Assembly (NCBI GenBank): GCA_021821305.1
Contig: JAKACP010000001.1
Location: 330,453-394,452 of the forward strand
Length of the DNA stretch: 64,000 nucleotides
From: a bacterium
Lineage (GTDB): Bacteria > Patescibacteriota > Minisyncoccia > Moranbacterales > UBA1568
Direction: 5' to 3'
Position 1 is the first letter of the stretch. Each line of letters opens with the position of its first letter. The notes below the pieces were generated by a model. It was not told the origin of the DNA and did not search any database. It worked only from the letters and a program-made list of their open reading frames with translations. This document shows positions 10,494-20,967 of the stretch, piece by piece. Position numbers and translations under genes: made by a program.

Positions 10494-10541
10494 AGCGTAT
10501 TTCCCAAGGATTGCCATTTTCCGTTTCGGTGTTACAATGGC

Positions 10542-11627
10542 ATGGTTGCTATGGATATCTCATCGGAACTCAAGGATTTCAAGACGCGGATCGACCCCCA
10601 TATCGCCGCGTATTTCGATACCGCCATCGCGGAAGCCCGCAAAGAGGATAGTCTCGTGGAGGAGGCGCTCATCGCGGTGAAAGAGCTCGCGCTCGCCGGC
10701 GGGAAGCGGCTTCGTCCCGCGTTCATGCATCGGGCATACCTTGCGGCCGGCGGCGATGACGAGGAAAGGATTCTCAAGACATCGGTATCCGTGGAGCTCC
10801 TGCATCTCTTCCTGCTCGTCCACGACGACATCATCGATCGCGACGATACACGCCACGGACTCCCGACGCTCCACCGGAAGTACGCGGAGATCGGAAAGAA
10901 ACATTTCGATATCGGCGATACGGATCACTTCGGCGTGTCGATCGCCATCATCATGGGCGACATGCTCATGGCCTTCGGCAACGACATCATTTTCCGCTCC
11001 GGGTTTCCGGAAGACCGCGTCTTCCGGGCGCTTTCGAAACTGCAGAGCGTCGTTTCCTATACGGTCATCGGCCAGGGACGGGATATCTATATGGAATACA
11101 AGAAGTCCGCGACCGAAGAGGAGATACTGCGCATGTACCGGAACAAGACGGCGAAATATACGGTCGAGGGGCCGATGCATCTCGGCGCGGCGCTCGCGGG
11201 ATCGCCCGAGGATACGCTTCAGAAGTTTTCCGCGTACGGGGTCCCCATCGGGGTCGCCTTCCAGATCCGCGACGATATCCTCGGGATCTTCGGATCCGAG
11301 GAGAAGCTGGGGAAACCGGTCGGATCCGATATCGAGGAAGGAAAGCTGACCCTGCTCGTCTCGCGAGCTCTCGAGAAGGGGTCCCGTGCCGAAGAACGGG
11401 AGCTTCGGCGGATTCTCTCGGTCGGGGAAGGGTTGTCCGGAGAGGATATCGATCGGTTCCGGGACATCATCCGTGGGACCGGCTCGCTTGGATACGCCGA
11501 GGATATGATGCGCAGGCTCGTCGACGAGGGACGATCGGCGCTCCGTCTCATCGGCGGCGGTTTCGGCGAGGAGCACAGTGCTTTCTTTCTCGGGGTCGCG
11601 GACTATCTCGCCGCACGGGAGCAATAA
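10542..11627 (+). CDS. Polyprenyl diphosphate synthase (IspA/IdsA family)
   Basis: GGKRLRP, HDDIID, FQIRDDILG, GSDIEEGK. Confidence 0.92.
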   Translation: MVAMDISSELKDFKTRIDPHIAAYFDTAIAEARKEDSLVEEALIAVKELALAGGKRLRPAFMHRAYLAAGGDDEERILKTSVSVELLHLFLLVHDDIIDRDDTRHGLPTLHRKYAEIGKKHFDIGDTDHFGVSIAIIMGDMLMAFGNDIIFRSGFPEDRVFRALSKLQSVVSYTVIGQGRDIYMEYKKSATEEEILRMYRNKTAKYTVEGPMHLGAALAGSPEDTLQKFSAYGVPIGVAFQIRDDILGIFGSEEKLGKPVGSDIEEGKLTLLVSRALEKGSRAEERELRRILSVGEGLSGEDIDRFRDIIRGTGSLGYAEDMMRRLVDEGRSALRLIGGGFGEEHSAFFLGVADYLAAREQ

Positions 11628-11654
11628 TCAGACATATCCGGAGGGGATCGAATC

Positions 11655-12365
11655 ATGAACGAACATATGAACATTCCGAATCACATCGCTATCGTTCCGG
11701 ACGGCAACCGCCGCTGGGCGCGTGAGCGCGGGCTCCAGCCATGGGAGGGACATGAAGCCGGAGCGGGAAACACCGAAGAAATCATCCGGGAAGCGAGACG
11801 GCTCGGTATCCGGGAGATCTCGTTCTGGGGCTCCTCGCTCGAGAATCTCGCGAAGCGTCCGGTCCTCGAGACGAAAGCGCTCCTTCGCATCTACACGGAA
11901 TATTTCGGCAAGATCCTCGAGGACGAGGACATCGTCCGCGAAGAGGTGCGGATCCGCTTCATCGGGCACTGGAAGGAACAGTTTCCTGCGCCGCTTCGGA
12001 AGCTCCTCGAACGGATCGAGGAAAAAACGAAACATCATGGCCGGCATTTCCTCAATTTCTTCCTCGCATATAGCGGAGTGGATGACATGCTCGGCGCGGT
12101 ACGCGGTATCGTCCGGGAGGGAATGTCACCGGAGAAGGTCGATGAGGGGACGATCAAATCACACCTCATGACCGCCGAACTTCCGCCGGTCGACCTCCTC
12201 GTCCGGACGGGCGGCGACGCCCATCTGTCTGCGGGATTCCTCATGTGGGATGCGGCCGACGCACAGCTGGTTTTTTCGGACCTCCTCTATCCTGATTTCG
12301 GACCGAAAGCCTTCAGTGAAGCCATTTCCGAGTATGGCCGGAGGGAACGCCGCTTCGGGAAATAG
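11655..12365 (+). CDS. uppS: Undecaprenyl diphosphate synthase (cis-prenyltransferase)
   Basis: [24 protein letters not shown]. Confidence 0.92.
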   Translation: MNEHMNIPNHIAIVPDGNRRWARERGLQPWEGHEAGAGNTEEIIREARRLGIREISFWGSSLENLAKRPVLETKALLRIYTEYFGKILEDEDIVREEVRIRFIGHWKEQFPAPLRKLLERIEEKTKHHGRHFLNFFLAYSGVDDMLGAVRGIVREGMSPEKVDEGTIKSHLMTAELPPVDLLVRTGGDAHLSAGFLMWDAADAQLVFSDLLYPDFGPKAFSEAISEYGRRERRFGK

Positions 12366-12428
12366 GTCGCGTCGGGTGGGGAACGAATGTTTTTCCGCGG
12401 GCTTCCACGGCCGGTGGACCATATGGGT

Positions 12429-12457
12429 TTGACAAAATACGGGATGTTGCGTACAAT
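12429..12457 (+). promoter_or_regulatory. Sigma70 promoter of the infA-alpha operon
   Basis: TTGACA-N17-TACAAT. Confidence 0.7.
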
Positions 12458-12613
12458 GGTTCCACACAGAAAAAACCGCTTATCCTTCGGGACAGAGGCG
12501 ACGCAGGAAAGATTTCAGGAACGAGGATCGGTTGTCCGGCGGAAAGGCTCTCTGTTTTTGTGTTGTCTTTTTCGGAGACATTAATTTTCATACAGACAAT
12601 CCATCTTTTTCCT

Positions 12614-12838
12614 ATGGGAAATACCAAGGAAGTGATACGGATGGAAGGCGAAGTCGTCGAATCCCTTCCGAGCGCGACATTCAAAATACGGCTTTCGAGC
12701 GGCCATGACGTACTCGGACATATCTCCGGGAAGATGCGGGTGCACTACATACGCCTTCTTCCGGGAGACCGGGTCATCATCGAGATGAGCCCGTATGACC
12801 TTTCGAAGGGGAGGATCGTGCAGCGCCTCAAGCAGTAA
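12614..12838 (+). CDS. infA: Translation initiation factor IF-1
   Basis: [27 protein letters not shown]. Confidence 0.97.
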   Translation: MGNTKEVIRMEGEVVESLPSATFKIRLSSGHDVLGHISGKMRVHYIRLLPGDRVIIEMSPYDLSKGRIVQRLKQ

Positions 12839-12867
12839 GATACTTGACGTTTGACCGGAAAATAGCT

Positions 12868-12981
12868 ATGAAAGTAAGAGCATCAGTCAAAAAGATCTGC
12901 GCGCACTGCAAGATCGTGAAGCGGCGGCGGAAGATATACGTCATCTGCTCCAATCCGAAGCACAAACAGCGCCAAGGATAA
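12868..12981 (+). CDS. rpmJ: 50S ribosomal protein L36, absent from the ORF track
   Basis: [37 protein letters not shown]. Confidence 0.97.
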   Translation: MKVRASVKKICAHCKIVKRRRKIYVICSNPKHKQRQG

Positions 12982-13010
12982 ATCTTCGTTTTCCCAAGAA
13001 ATCAAATGCT

Positions 13011-13400
13011 ATGGTAAGAATCGCAGGTGTCAACATCCCGGATGAGAAGCGGATAGAAATGTCCCTCACCTATATATACGGTATCGGCCTTACTACGAGC
13101 CGCAAGATTCTTGCCGCGCTCGACATCGATCCGAACGTCCGCACCAAGGATCTCCCCGCGACGGATGCTAACAAGCTCCGCGAAGCGATCGAGAAGAAGT
13201 ATCGCGTCGAAGGAGAACTCCGCCATCAGGTGAAGATGAACATCAAGCGGCTCAAGGAAATCAGCTGCTATCGGGGGACGAGACACCAGAAGGGACTTCC
13301 TTCCCGGGGTCAGCGGACCAAGACCAATACCCGAACCGTCCGCGGCAACGTGCGAAAGACCATGGGAAGCGGTCGCCGCAAGGCAGGAGAGAAGACATAA
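13011..13400 (+). CDS. rpsM: 30S ribosomal protein S13
   Basis: [22 protein letters not shown]. Confidence 0.97.
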   Translation: MVRIAGVNIPDEKRIEMSLTYIYGIGLTTSRKILAALDIDPNVRTKDLPATDANKLREAIEKKYRVEGELRHQVKMNIKRLKEISCYRGTRHQKGLPSRGQRTKTNTRTVRGNVRKTMGSGRRKAGEKT

Positions 13401-13442
13401 TATTTCCCCTTGGTATCGATCGATTGATTACGAGAATCTCAT

Positions 13443-13901
13443 ATGGCAGATGAAGTGAAAAAAGAGGAGTCCCTGACGACGGAGCCTACCGGCGCCGATC
13501 AGGCCGTCGCCGAGGCCGAGGCGACCAAGAAGCGCGGCAAGAAGAGCAAGCGTCAGGTTTTCCGTGGCCGGGCGAGCATCCAGTGCACGTATAACAACAC
13601 GATCGTGACGCTCACGGACCAGAACGGCGCCGTGCTCGGATGGTCGAGCTCCGGACATCTCGGTTTCAAGGGAGCCAAGAAGTCCACTCCGTACGCCGCG
13701 ACCCAGGTCGTCGCCAACGTGACGGAGAAGGTCAGGAAGTACGGTCTCCAGGAACTCGATGTCTTCGTACGTGGCGTCGGTAGCGGTCGCGAGGCTTCCG
13801 TCCGCGCGCTCGCGAACAACGGATTTTCCCTCCTCTCGATCAAGGACATCACGTCCATTCCCCATAACGGTTGCCGCCCGAAGCGGCCGAGAAGGATCTA
13901 A
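13443..13901 (+). CDS. rpsK: 30S ribosomal protein S11
   Basis: NNTIVT, KKSTPYAA, PHNGCRP. Confidence 0.97.
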   Translation: MADEVKKEESLTTEPTGADQAVAEAEATKKRGKKSKRQVFRGRASIQCTYNNTIVTLTDQNGAVLGWSSSGHLGFKGAKKSTPYAATQVVANVTEKVRKYGLQELDVFVRGVGSGREASVRALANNGFSLLSIKDITSIPHNGCRPKRPRRI

Positions 13902-13913
13902 ACGAGAAACGAT

Positions 13914-14543
13914 ATGGCAAAGATAATGGACAAGTGCAGACTGTGCCGCCGCGCCGGGGAGAAACTCTTCCTGAAGGGTGACCGTTGCTTTTCTCAGAAA
14001 TGCGCGATGGTTCGCCGTCCGACGCCCCCGGGTGTCCATGGCGCGTCCAAACAGCGCTCTCCCAGCGAATACGGCCGTCAGCTCGCCATGAAACAGAAGA
14101 TCAAGCGCGTCTACGGCGTCATGGAACGCCAGTTCCGCAAGCATTTCGAGGAAGTGAAGAAGCGCAAGGGGATCGTCGGTAACGAACTCCTCGGTCGGCT
14201 CGAGCGTCGTCTCGACAACACCGTCTACCGGCTCGGATTCGCCTCGTCGAGATCGCTCGCGCGACAGCTCGTCTCCCACAAGTGTTTTTCCGTCAACGGG
14301 AAGCGCATGGACATCCCGTCGTTCGAGCTCAGCATCGGCGACGTGATCGCGGTCAAGCCCGGGAAGAAGGAAAAAGTCTATTTCAAGAATCTGGCCGAGA
14401 CGATAAAGAACAAGAAAGGCCTGCCGGGGTGGCTCTCGCTCGATGCGGAAAAGCTCGAGGGGAAGGTCGTCTCCCTTCCGGCTCGGAACGATGTCGAGGT
14501 CAATGTCGACCCCCAGCTCGTCGTCGAATATTATTCGAAATAA
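13914..14543 (+). CDS. rpsD: 30S ribosomal protein S4
   Basis: CRLCRR, LERRLDN, VEYYSK. Confidence 0.97.
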   Translation: MAKIMDKCRLCRRAGEKLFLKGDRCFSQKCAMVRRPTPPGVHGASKQRSPSEYGRQLAMKQKIKRVYGVMERQFRKHFEEVKKRKGIVGNELLGRLERRLDNTVYRLGFASSRSLARQLVSHKCFSVNGKRMDIPSFELSIGDVIAVKPGKKEKVYFKNLAETIKNKKGLPGWLSLDAEKLEGKVVSLPARNDVEVNVDPQLVVEYYSK

Positions 14544-14606
14544 TTAAATCGCAAGGAGGGATGTCCCGACGCCGGAAACGCCCGTCGGAACATCTGAAGC
14601 AAACCT

Positions 14607-15368
14607 ATGATTTCCGTCCCGCAACAGCCCAAGGTCACTTCTCTCGGAGAGAACCACTCGAAGTTCGAGATACTCGGATGCTATCCGGGTTATGGCGCGA
14701 CGCTCGGCAACGCCATCCGGCGCGTGCTCCTTTCCTCGCTCGACGGTGCCGCGGCGCAGTCGGTCAAGATCAAGGGCGTTTCGCACGAATTCGCCACGAT
14801 TCCCGGCGTCATGGAGGATGTCGTGCAGCTCCTGCTCAACCTCAAGCAGATCCGCTTCCGCATGCACGGTGATGAGACCGTCAAGGTGACGATCAAGGCC
14901 AAGGGAGAAGGCGAGGTCACCGCGGGCGATATCAAGGCCCCGTCGTCGGTGGAAATCGTGAACCCCGCGTACAAGATCGCGACGCTTACCGACAAGAAGG
15001 CCGAACTCGAGCTGGAGCTCGAAATCGGAAAGGGAATCGGATACGTTCCGATCGAGGCTCGTGACGGTGAGGACCGGGAGATCGGCGTCATCGCGCTCGA
15101 CTCGATCTACACGCCGGTCCGTCGCGTGAACTACGAGGTCGAGAACATGCGTGTCGGCAAGCGGACGGATTATGACAAGGTCTCGATCGAGGTGGTCACC
15201 GACGGAAGCATCACCCCGGAAACGGCATTCGCCAAATCGATAGATATCCTCGTCGGCCAGTTCGAATCCATCCGGATGGAACAGCCGAAGGAAGAGGCAG
15301 CGGCGGAAGAGAAGCCGAAGAAGGCCGCCAAGAAGGCCGCCAAGAAAGCCGAAAAGGAAGAGGCATAA
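14607..15368 (+). CDS. rpoA: RNA polymerase alpha subunit (NTD only, 253 aa)
   Basis: TLGNAIRRVLLSS, HEFATIPGVMED, RVGKRTDYDK. Confidence 0.95.
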   Translation: MISVPQQPKVTSLGENHSKFEILGCYPGYGATLGNAIRRVLLSSLDGAAAQSVKIKGVSHEFATIPGVMEDVVQLLLNLKQIRFRMHGDETVKVTIKAKGEGEVTAGDIKAPSSVEIVNPAYKIATLTDKKAELELELEIGKGIGYVPIEARDGEDREIGVIALDSIYTPVRRVNYEVENMRVGKRTDYDKVSIEVVTDGSITPETAFAKSIDILVGQFESIRMEQPKEEAAAEEKPKKAAKKAAKKAEKEEA

Positions 15369-15389
15369 ACAACGTTGTTCGAGTTTCGT

Positions 15390-15758
15390 ATGAATCACCG
15401 GAAAACAGGGCGAATATTGTCGAGAACCCGGAATCAGCGCCGGGCGCTTCTGAAGACGTTGTTCGGGAGCCTTATTCTCCATGAGCACATCCAGACCACG
15501 GAGGCCAAGGCCAAGGAAGTGAAGCTCCATATCGACCAGCTCGTGAACAAGGCCAAGCGCGCCCAGACGGACGAGGTCCGGAAGATCAGCCTGATCCGCG
15601 ATCTGCGCAGGAAACTCCCGCTCGTCGCGGTGGAGAAGCTCTCTTCGCCGGAGTTCATTTCCCGATTCTCGGGACGTGGCAGCGGGTATACCCGTGTCGT
15701 GAAGCTGCAGGCACGGAAAGGCGACGGCGCCCACATGGCCATCATTGAATTTGTCTAG
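15390..15758 (+). CDS. rplQ: 50S ribosomal protein L17
   Basis: IQTTEAKAKE, GYTRVVK, RKGDGA. Confidence 0.95.
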   Translation: MNHRKTGRILSRTRNQRRALLKTLFGSLILHEHIQTTEAKAKEVKLHIDQLVNKAKRAQTDEVRKISLIRDLRRKLPLVAVEKLSSPEFISRFSGRGSGYTRVVKLQARKGDGAHMAIIEFV

Positions 15759-15766
15759 AAACCAGT

Positions 15767-16171
15767 ATGCCCCAAGGAATACACCGGAAATATCATCTCT
15801 TCGACGCCCAAGGAAAGGTCCTCGGACGTTTGGCGACCGAAATCGCCGGCGTGCTTTCCGGCAAGGTGAAAGTCGATTACGCTCCGCATGTCGATGGCGG
15901 TGATTTCGTGGTGGTCATCAACACCGACGGCATCCAGGTAACCGGCAACAAACGTGAGGGGAAACTCTATCACCACTTCACCGGATATCCGGGCGGCATC
16001 CGTTCGATCGCGCTCAAGGATCAGATGAAGAAGGACTCGAGGAAGATTCTCCAGAGCGCTCTCTACGGTATGCTCCCCAAGAACTCGCTCCGCGACCGCA
16101 TGCTGACGAGACTCCTCCTCTACAAGGGAGCCGAGCATCCGCACAAGGCTATCCACGTGACCCACGAATAA
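15767..16171 (+). CDS. rplM: 50S ribosomal protein L13
   Basis: LGRLA, PHVDGGD, HTGYPGG-like motif, GMLPKN. Confidence 0.95.
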   Translation: MPQGIHRKYHLFDAQGKVLGRLATEIAGVLSGKVKVDYAPHVDGGDFVVVINTDGIQVTGNKREGKLYHHFTGYPGGIRSIALKDQMKKDSRKILQSALYGMLPKNSLRDRMLTRLLLYKGAEHPHKAIHVTHE

Positions 16172-16178
16172 AACCATT

Positions 16179-16637
16179 ATGGCGACGACGAAGAAATCGG
16201 CTATCATCGAGAAAAAGACGGAAGGACCCAAGGCGAAACTCGGGAAGTATTTCTATGCGGTCGGTCGCCGCAAGACCGCCGTGGCCCAGGTCCGCCTGTA
16301 CTCCGAAAAGGAGAACAAGGGCGCCGGACACAGCATGAACCGGAGGGCGCTCGAGGAGTATTTCCCCGCGGTCTCGCATGCCACGCCGATTTTCCCGCTC
16401 ACGGTCACCGGACTCGGTGAAGAGTTCCAGGTTTCCGCCACCGTCCAGGGCGGAGGCGTCCAGGCGCAGGCCGAAGCGGTCCGCCTCGGTGTCGCCCGCG
16501 CGCTTCTCAAGCACGACGAGTCGCTCCGTGCCACGCTCCGTGCCAACGGTCTCCTCACCCGCGATGCCCGATCCGTCGAGCGCAAGAAGCCGGGTCTCAA
16601 GAAGGCCCGACGCGCGCCGCAGTGGGCGAAGCGCTAG
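16179..16637 (+). CDS. rpsI: 30S ribosomal protein S9
   Basis: GRRKTAVA, ERKKPGLKKARRAPQWAKR. Confidence 0.97.
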   Translation: MATTKKSAIIEKKTEGPKAKLGKYFYAVGRRKTAVAQVRLYSEKENKGAGHSMNRRALEEYFPAVSHATPIFPLTVTGLGEEFQVSATVQGGGVQAQAEAVRLGVARALLKHDESLRATLRANGLLTRDARSVERKKPGLKKARRAPQWAKR

Positions 16638-16658
16638 GACGATCTCGAACGGTTTTCC

Positions 16659-16685
16659 AAGACCCGCGTTTCGCGGGTCTTTTTC
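16659..16685 (+). terminator. Rho-independent terminator after rpsI
   Basis: AGACCCGCG-TTT-CGCGGGTCT followed by a T run. Confidence 0.8.
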
Positions 16686-16706
16686 ATGTGTGGTATAATA
16701 TTCCCC

Positions 16707-16973
16707 ATGGAAGAGCTTCGGCAAAAAATAGAGGACATCTTCGAATCGGCAGGGCTTTCCGAGGAGGATCGGGCGTTGTGGCGGTCGCGCCTCTCGGCGG
16801 CCGACGATTCGTTTCCACGGACCTTCGTGACCCTGTTCGATGAGGAGGGTGATATGCTCCGTTTTTTCACGAACGATCTCCGCAAACGTGCGGAAGCCGG
16901 AAACGATGCCGAAAAACTTTCTTCCGTCCTCCGGGAAGAGAAGGAGTATTTCGCCAATATCCTCGCTGAGTAG
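16707..16973 (+). CDS. Hypothetical protein
   Basis: Short helical ORF, TATAAT just upstream. Confidence 0.6.
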   Translation: MEELRQKIEDIFESAGLSEEDRALWRSRLSAADDSFPRTFVTLFDEEGDMLRFFTNDLRKRAEAGNDAEKLSSVLREEKEYFANILAE

Positions 16974-17014
16974 CCGTCTCAAATCTCACCGCGTAGATAA
17001 AAGAAGAACATAGT

Positions 17015-18253
17015 ATGCCATCATTCGAAACTTTTCCCGCGTCACACGGAACGGACGCGGAATCCGGGAAGAAAGCCTCCTTTGAACTGAACGGCACCTC
17101 GGTACCGGTCGAGGAGTTCATGACGCACCCGGCCGAGGCTGCCCTGGCCATACACGAGGCGAAGGAACGGCAGGAAGATCTCGGTGAATTCCGGACACAT
17201 ATGGAAGAGGCGATGCGGAACATCGAATCCGCGCTTCCGACCATGTCCGGAGAACAAGCTCCCGTGGAAGGAGCTGCTCCGGAATCCACCTCGAAGGCGG
17301 CCGAGAGACCATCCGAGGAAGACGACAAGGACGCGTTGCTCCTCAGGATCGCTTCCTTTGCGGAACGCATACCGGGCGGCAAAAACGCGCTCGGTGCGCT
17401 CGCGCTCGTCATCGGTCTCTCCTCCCTTCCGAAAGACGCCGAAGCGTTCTCGTTCGATCCGATCCAAGTCGCCGAGAAGGAGGTGGAGAGAGGCGTCAAC
17501 AGCGGCGTCCGGGGAGCGAGCCGCGATGCCGGCAGAGCGGTCGGCGGCGTGATCGAGCAGGCGGTCGGCGCCCTTCGCAAAAGCATCGGCCTCGAAACGC
17601 CCCAAGAGCGGGCGAAGCGGGAAAACGAGGAGAGGCGTGCGGAACAGCAACTCAAAAAACAGCATGATATCGAGGTGAGGAAGTTCAACCAGGAACAGGT
17701 TCAGCGGGTACGCGAGGATACCAAGCGAGTGACGAATTTCGAGCGGGCCACGGATCAGTACCAGCGGAAGCTCGAGGAGGTCCGAAGGACGTTCAATCAG
17801 GAGTTCGACCGGGCCCAGGCTTCCTACGTACAGCAACGGGATCGCGTGGGTTCACCCGAGCAGGCCAAGCGCTACGAACGCGAGCAGTGGCAACGGTGGC
17901 TCCAAGCGGCGAGGAGCGGCCTGCAGAGATTGGAGCAGTATGACAATGAGATGGACAATGCCGCGACGGACGTCTCGGGCGTGGTTTCCAGCCTTACGGA
18001 GCGTGCCGCGGAGGCCGAGCAGGAGCGAAACGGGCTCCTGCGGTCGAGCGAGGAGATGCGCCGGGCGTTGTCGGATCTTGCGGACAAGATGGAACGGAAT
18101 CTCGGAATCACCGAAAACGCCCAAAGCCCGCTCCGAAATCTCGAAGAGGAGAGGACGTCACCCGCCCCGTCTTCCCGGGCGGAACGGTCGTCCGGCGAAG
18201 AATCTTCCAGTCGTGATGACTGGGGCAAGATAGACCCGAAATATCGTTTTTAG
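17015..18253 (+). CDS. Hypothetical coiled-coil protein with an internal signal-peptide-like segment
   Basis: 412-aa ORF; hydrophobic ALGALALVIGLSSLPKDAEA followed by E/Q/R-rich coiled coil. Confidence 0.7.
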   Translation: MPSFETFPASHGTDAESGKKASFELNGTSVPVEEFMTHPAEAALAIHEAKERQEDLGEFRTHMEEAMRNIESALPTMSGEQAPVEGAAPESTSKAAERPSEEDDKDALLLRIASFAERIPGGKNALGALALVIGLSSLPKDAEAFSFDPIQVAEKEVERGVNSGVRGASRDAGRAVGGVIEQAVGALRKSIGLETPQERAKRENEERRAEQQLKKQHDIEVRKFNQEQVQRVREDTKRVTNFERATDQYQRKLEEVRRTFNQEFDRAQASYVQQRDRVGSPEQAKRYEREQWQRWLQAARSGLQRLEQYDNEMDNAATDVSGVVSSLTERAAEAEQERNGLLRSSEEMRRALSDLADKMERNLGITENAQSPLRNLEEERTSPAPSSRAERSSGEESSSRDDWGKIDPKYRF

Positions 18254-18436
18254 AGCCTGTCTAAATTCTCATGTCTTGAGAAAATATTCAGATTTCGAGC
18301 GAAAACCTTGAAAAGGGAGGAGGGCTATCGAGATACCCCGACGAGCTTTGAGAGGTTTGCAGCCGAAATCTGGATATTTTATCAGACAAGCTGTGAGTTT
18401 TCTTTTCTATTGGGCGGTGAGATTTTAGACAGGCTC
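18253..18436 (+). mobile_element. MITE-like structured repeat, copy 2
   Basis: TIR GAGCCTGTCTAAA/TTTAGACAGGCTC; flanks TTA/TTG; first base is the G of the upstream TAG stop. Confidence 0.75.
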
Positions 18437-18498
18437 TTGGTTGAACGAATAAAATACGCTCGACGGATTTTCCTCGAGCGTGTTTTTTTGTCGTGAAT

Positions 18499-19452
18499 TC
18501 AGGCGTGCTTCAGTTCGTCGGCGATCCAGAGCGCCGCGAGTTTGTGATCGATGAACCCGCGCTCGGCTTCCCGCTCGAGTACGAGCGCCGTCTTTTCCAG
18601 GGTGTTTCCCGGTTTGTAGGAACGGGGATTTTTGAGCGCGTCGAAGATGTCGGCGGCGCGGAGAATCCAGCTCGCACGGAAGGAGGAACGGGAGATGGGC
18701 TCCAGCCCCTCCGTCGCCGGACGGTGGTGGTGGCTTTCGGCGATCTCGGCGGAGACGCGGAACCCATAGGCGCGGAGAATCTCGCCGGAGAGCAGGGCGT
18801 GACGGCCCATGATGATGCCCAGCGGAAGATCGGGGTCAATGCCTTCCTTCCGGAGTTCCTCGGCGATATCGGACGAGATCGTGCAGGAGAAGGGGACGAG
18901 GTCCTTGGCCCGGAGGTGCGGGCTCTCCGTGAGCGCCTGTGAGACCGATTCGAAATTCTTCTGGTGGAGAAACGCCTTGGCGAGCATGATCCACTCGTCA
19001 TCCGTCGTGACATCGTGGAGGATCTCCTTGGGGATGGTGACCTTGCCGATATCGTGGAGGAGTGCCGCGCGGTAGAGATCCTCCTTGGAGACGTCTTCGC
19101 GGAAGAGATGGTCGCGCAGGAAGATGCCCACCGGGCGGCGGCCGGTGACCTTGTCATATATCGATTCGAAGACGCGCAGAGCGTGCCTGAACGTCAGCTG
19201 GTCGTAGAGTTCGAGGATGGTGAGTATCTCCCATTCCTTCTCCGAGAGGAACGTGACGTGGTGGAGTCGCGGCCCGTATTCCTGCCGGATGCGCTCGCGC
19301 TCGCCTTCGTAGAGACCGCTTTCCCGGAGATGTTCGAGCAAGGTGAAATAGTCGCCGGACCGACAGACGCCCCGTGCGATCGTCTCCGGGTCCGGTGCGG
19401 TCTCCGTGGCCTGAAGCGTCATATCGCCCGTCAGTGTTGCGATCTCGGACAT
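18499..19452 (-). CDS. HD-domain (HD-GYP-like) phosphohydrolase
   Basis: TFRHALRV, ALLHDIGK, AESHH, ADIFDAL..PRSYK. Confidence 0.82.
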   Translation of the reverse strand: MSEIATLTGDMTLQATETAPDPETIARGVCRSGDYFTLLEHLRESGLYEGERERIRQEYGPRLHHVTFLSEKEWEILTILELYDQLTFRHALRVFESIYDKVTGRRPVGIFLRDHLFREDVSKEDLYRAALLHDIGKVTIPKEILHDVTTDDEWIMLAKAFLHQKNFESVSQALTESPHLRAKDLVPFSCTISSDIAEELRKEGIDPDLPLGIIMGRHALLSGEILRAYGFRVSAEIAESHHHRPATEGLEPISRSSFRASWILRAADIFDALKNPRSYKPGNTLEKTALVLEREAERGFIDHKLAALWIADELKHA

Positions 19453-19459
19453 AGGTGGT

Positions 19460-20944
19460 TTATCTCACGAAGATCCCCGTTTCCTCGGGAAAAGTGATGA
19501 ACGAGAACGACGCGTCCCCTTGGTCGTTTCTGGTGAGAAGGTAAATACGGTCTTCGCCGAAGGAGGAGAGCGCCTGTACGAGGGTACTGCCCGTCGGAAT
19601 CGGAATCAGGGTCTCCATCTGGCGGCGATCGCGGTGGTCGAGCTCGGCGATCTTCACTTCGCCGCCTATGCCGAACAGGATGTGTTCGTAGTCTTCGGTC
19701 CACTGCGCGGAGGAGAGGGGGGAGGAGAATCGGGCGATCTGGAGGACGTCGCCGCTCGATCGGACCGGCTGGACCTCCCAGTCGCGGGTGAACGCGACGG
19801 AGATCTCGTTTTCCGAGTAGAAGAGGAGCTTCTTGCCGTCATCGGAGAACTGGACGCCTTCGACCGCGTCGCCGAGCGATATCATCGCTGGGTTTCGGCC
19901 GCCGTCGTCATTGTAGAGGATTCCCTTGCCATGGAGGTCATAGACCGCCACCCGTCTCTCGTCGTAGACCGTGAGGACCGGGGTTTCGGCCCCGAGGATC
20001 GATTCGATCGGCGGGGTGATGGGATCCGGACCGAATTCCTCCTCGTTTCCGTAGGCTGACCGATAGACGATGCCTGTTTCCGCCTCGAGGGTGTAGAGAT
20101 ATCTCTGCGAGAGATCATAGGCGGATATGCCGGAGGAGAGGAGGACGGCTCTTTTTTCGGGAAGCGATTCTTTGGGTCGGATGACATAGAGATCCGAGTC
20201 CCCGGAGAGGACGAAAAACGCCCGCTCATCGGTCGGATGCCAGCGAGCGAAGGACGGGGCCGTGATCGGCGCGATATCGCGGATATCGGTGGTCTCCCCG
20301 GTCTCCCGGTCGATGATGAGTATGGTGGCGCCCCGATCGTCCGTGACGGGGACGAGTATACGTTCCTGGTCGGACCAGGAGAGCTCGATGTTCTCGAGGG
20401 TGTTGTCCGAGAACCGGTAGCGATCGCTTTCGAATACGAGAGTGCTTTCCCCGGAGATTTTGTCGAGAGCGTTGATGAATATCCGCTCGCCTTCCGTTCC
20501 GGAAAAAAGTATCGTGGCGCCGTCCGGAGAGGGGAACGCCTGCTCGTAGCGATCCGTCGATATCGTCTCCATCGGGTACTCTTGTCTCGGAAGGATGATG
20601 TTCCAGAACTCGGTCGATATCCCGCTCCCCACGGAGATCTTCTTCTCCCAGGGCTTGAATCCTGCGGCTTCGACGCGGATGAAGTGTTCGCCGGGCTGTA
20701 TGCCGGCCACATGCATCGACTGATTGATGATATTGAGCATCCCGTTGGGGACCTTTTTCCCGTCGAGGAAGATATCCACGGTCCTCGGGTTGGACTTGAT
20801 GGTCGCCGAGCCCGTGTAGATGAAGATGCCCCGATCGGCGCTCCACCGGTAGCCGAACGTCAGGAACAGCACGAGCGCGGTCGTCGTGACGAACAGGACG
20901 ATAAGTGTCCAGGAAAGCACAAATCGGAGGCGGTCGATACGCAT
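19460..20944 (-). CDS. PEGA-domain, beta-propeller-like membrane-anchored protein
   Basis: N-terminal TM, IKSNP..DIFLDG..PGEH PEGA pattern, SPDG/SDDG repeats. Confidence 0.75.
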   Translation of the reverse strand: MRIDRLRFVLSWTLIVLFVTTTALVLFLTFGYRWSADRGIFIYTGSATIKSNPRTVDIFLDGKKVPNGMLNIINQSMHVAGIQPGEHFIRVEAAGFKPWEKKISVGSGISTEFWNIILPRQEYPMETISTDRYEQAFPSPDGATILFSGTEGERIFINALDKISGESTLVFESDRYRFSDNTLENIELSWSDQERILVPVTDDRGATILIIDRETGETTDIRDIAPITAPSFARWHPTDERAFFVLSGDSDLYVIRPKESLPEKRAVLLSSGISAYDLSQRYLYTLEAETGIVYRSAYGNEEEFGPDPITPPIESILGAETPVLTVYDERRVAVYDLHGKGILYNDDGGRNPAMISLGDAVEGVQFSDDGKKLLFYSENEISVAFTRDWEVQPVRSSGDVLQIARFSSPLSSAQWTEDYEHILFGIGGEVKIAELDHRDRRQMETLIPIPTGSTLVQALSSFGEDRIYLLTRNDQGDASFSFITFPEETGIFVR

Positions 20945-20967
20945 AGGAGAGAGTGAAAGAGTTCTTA

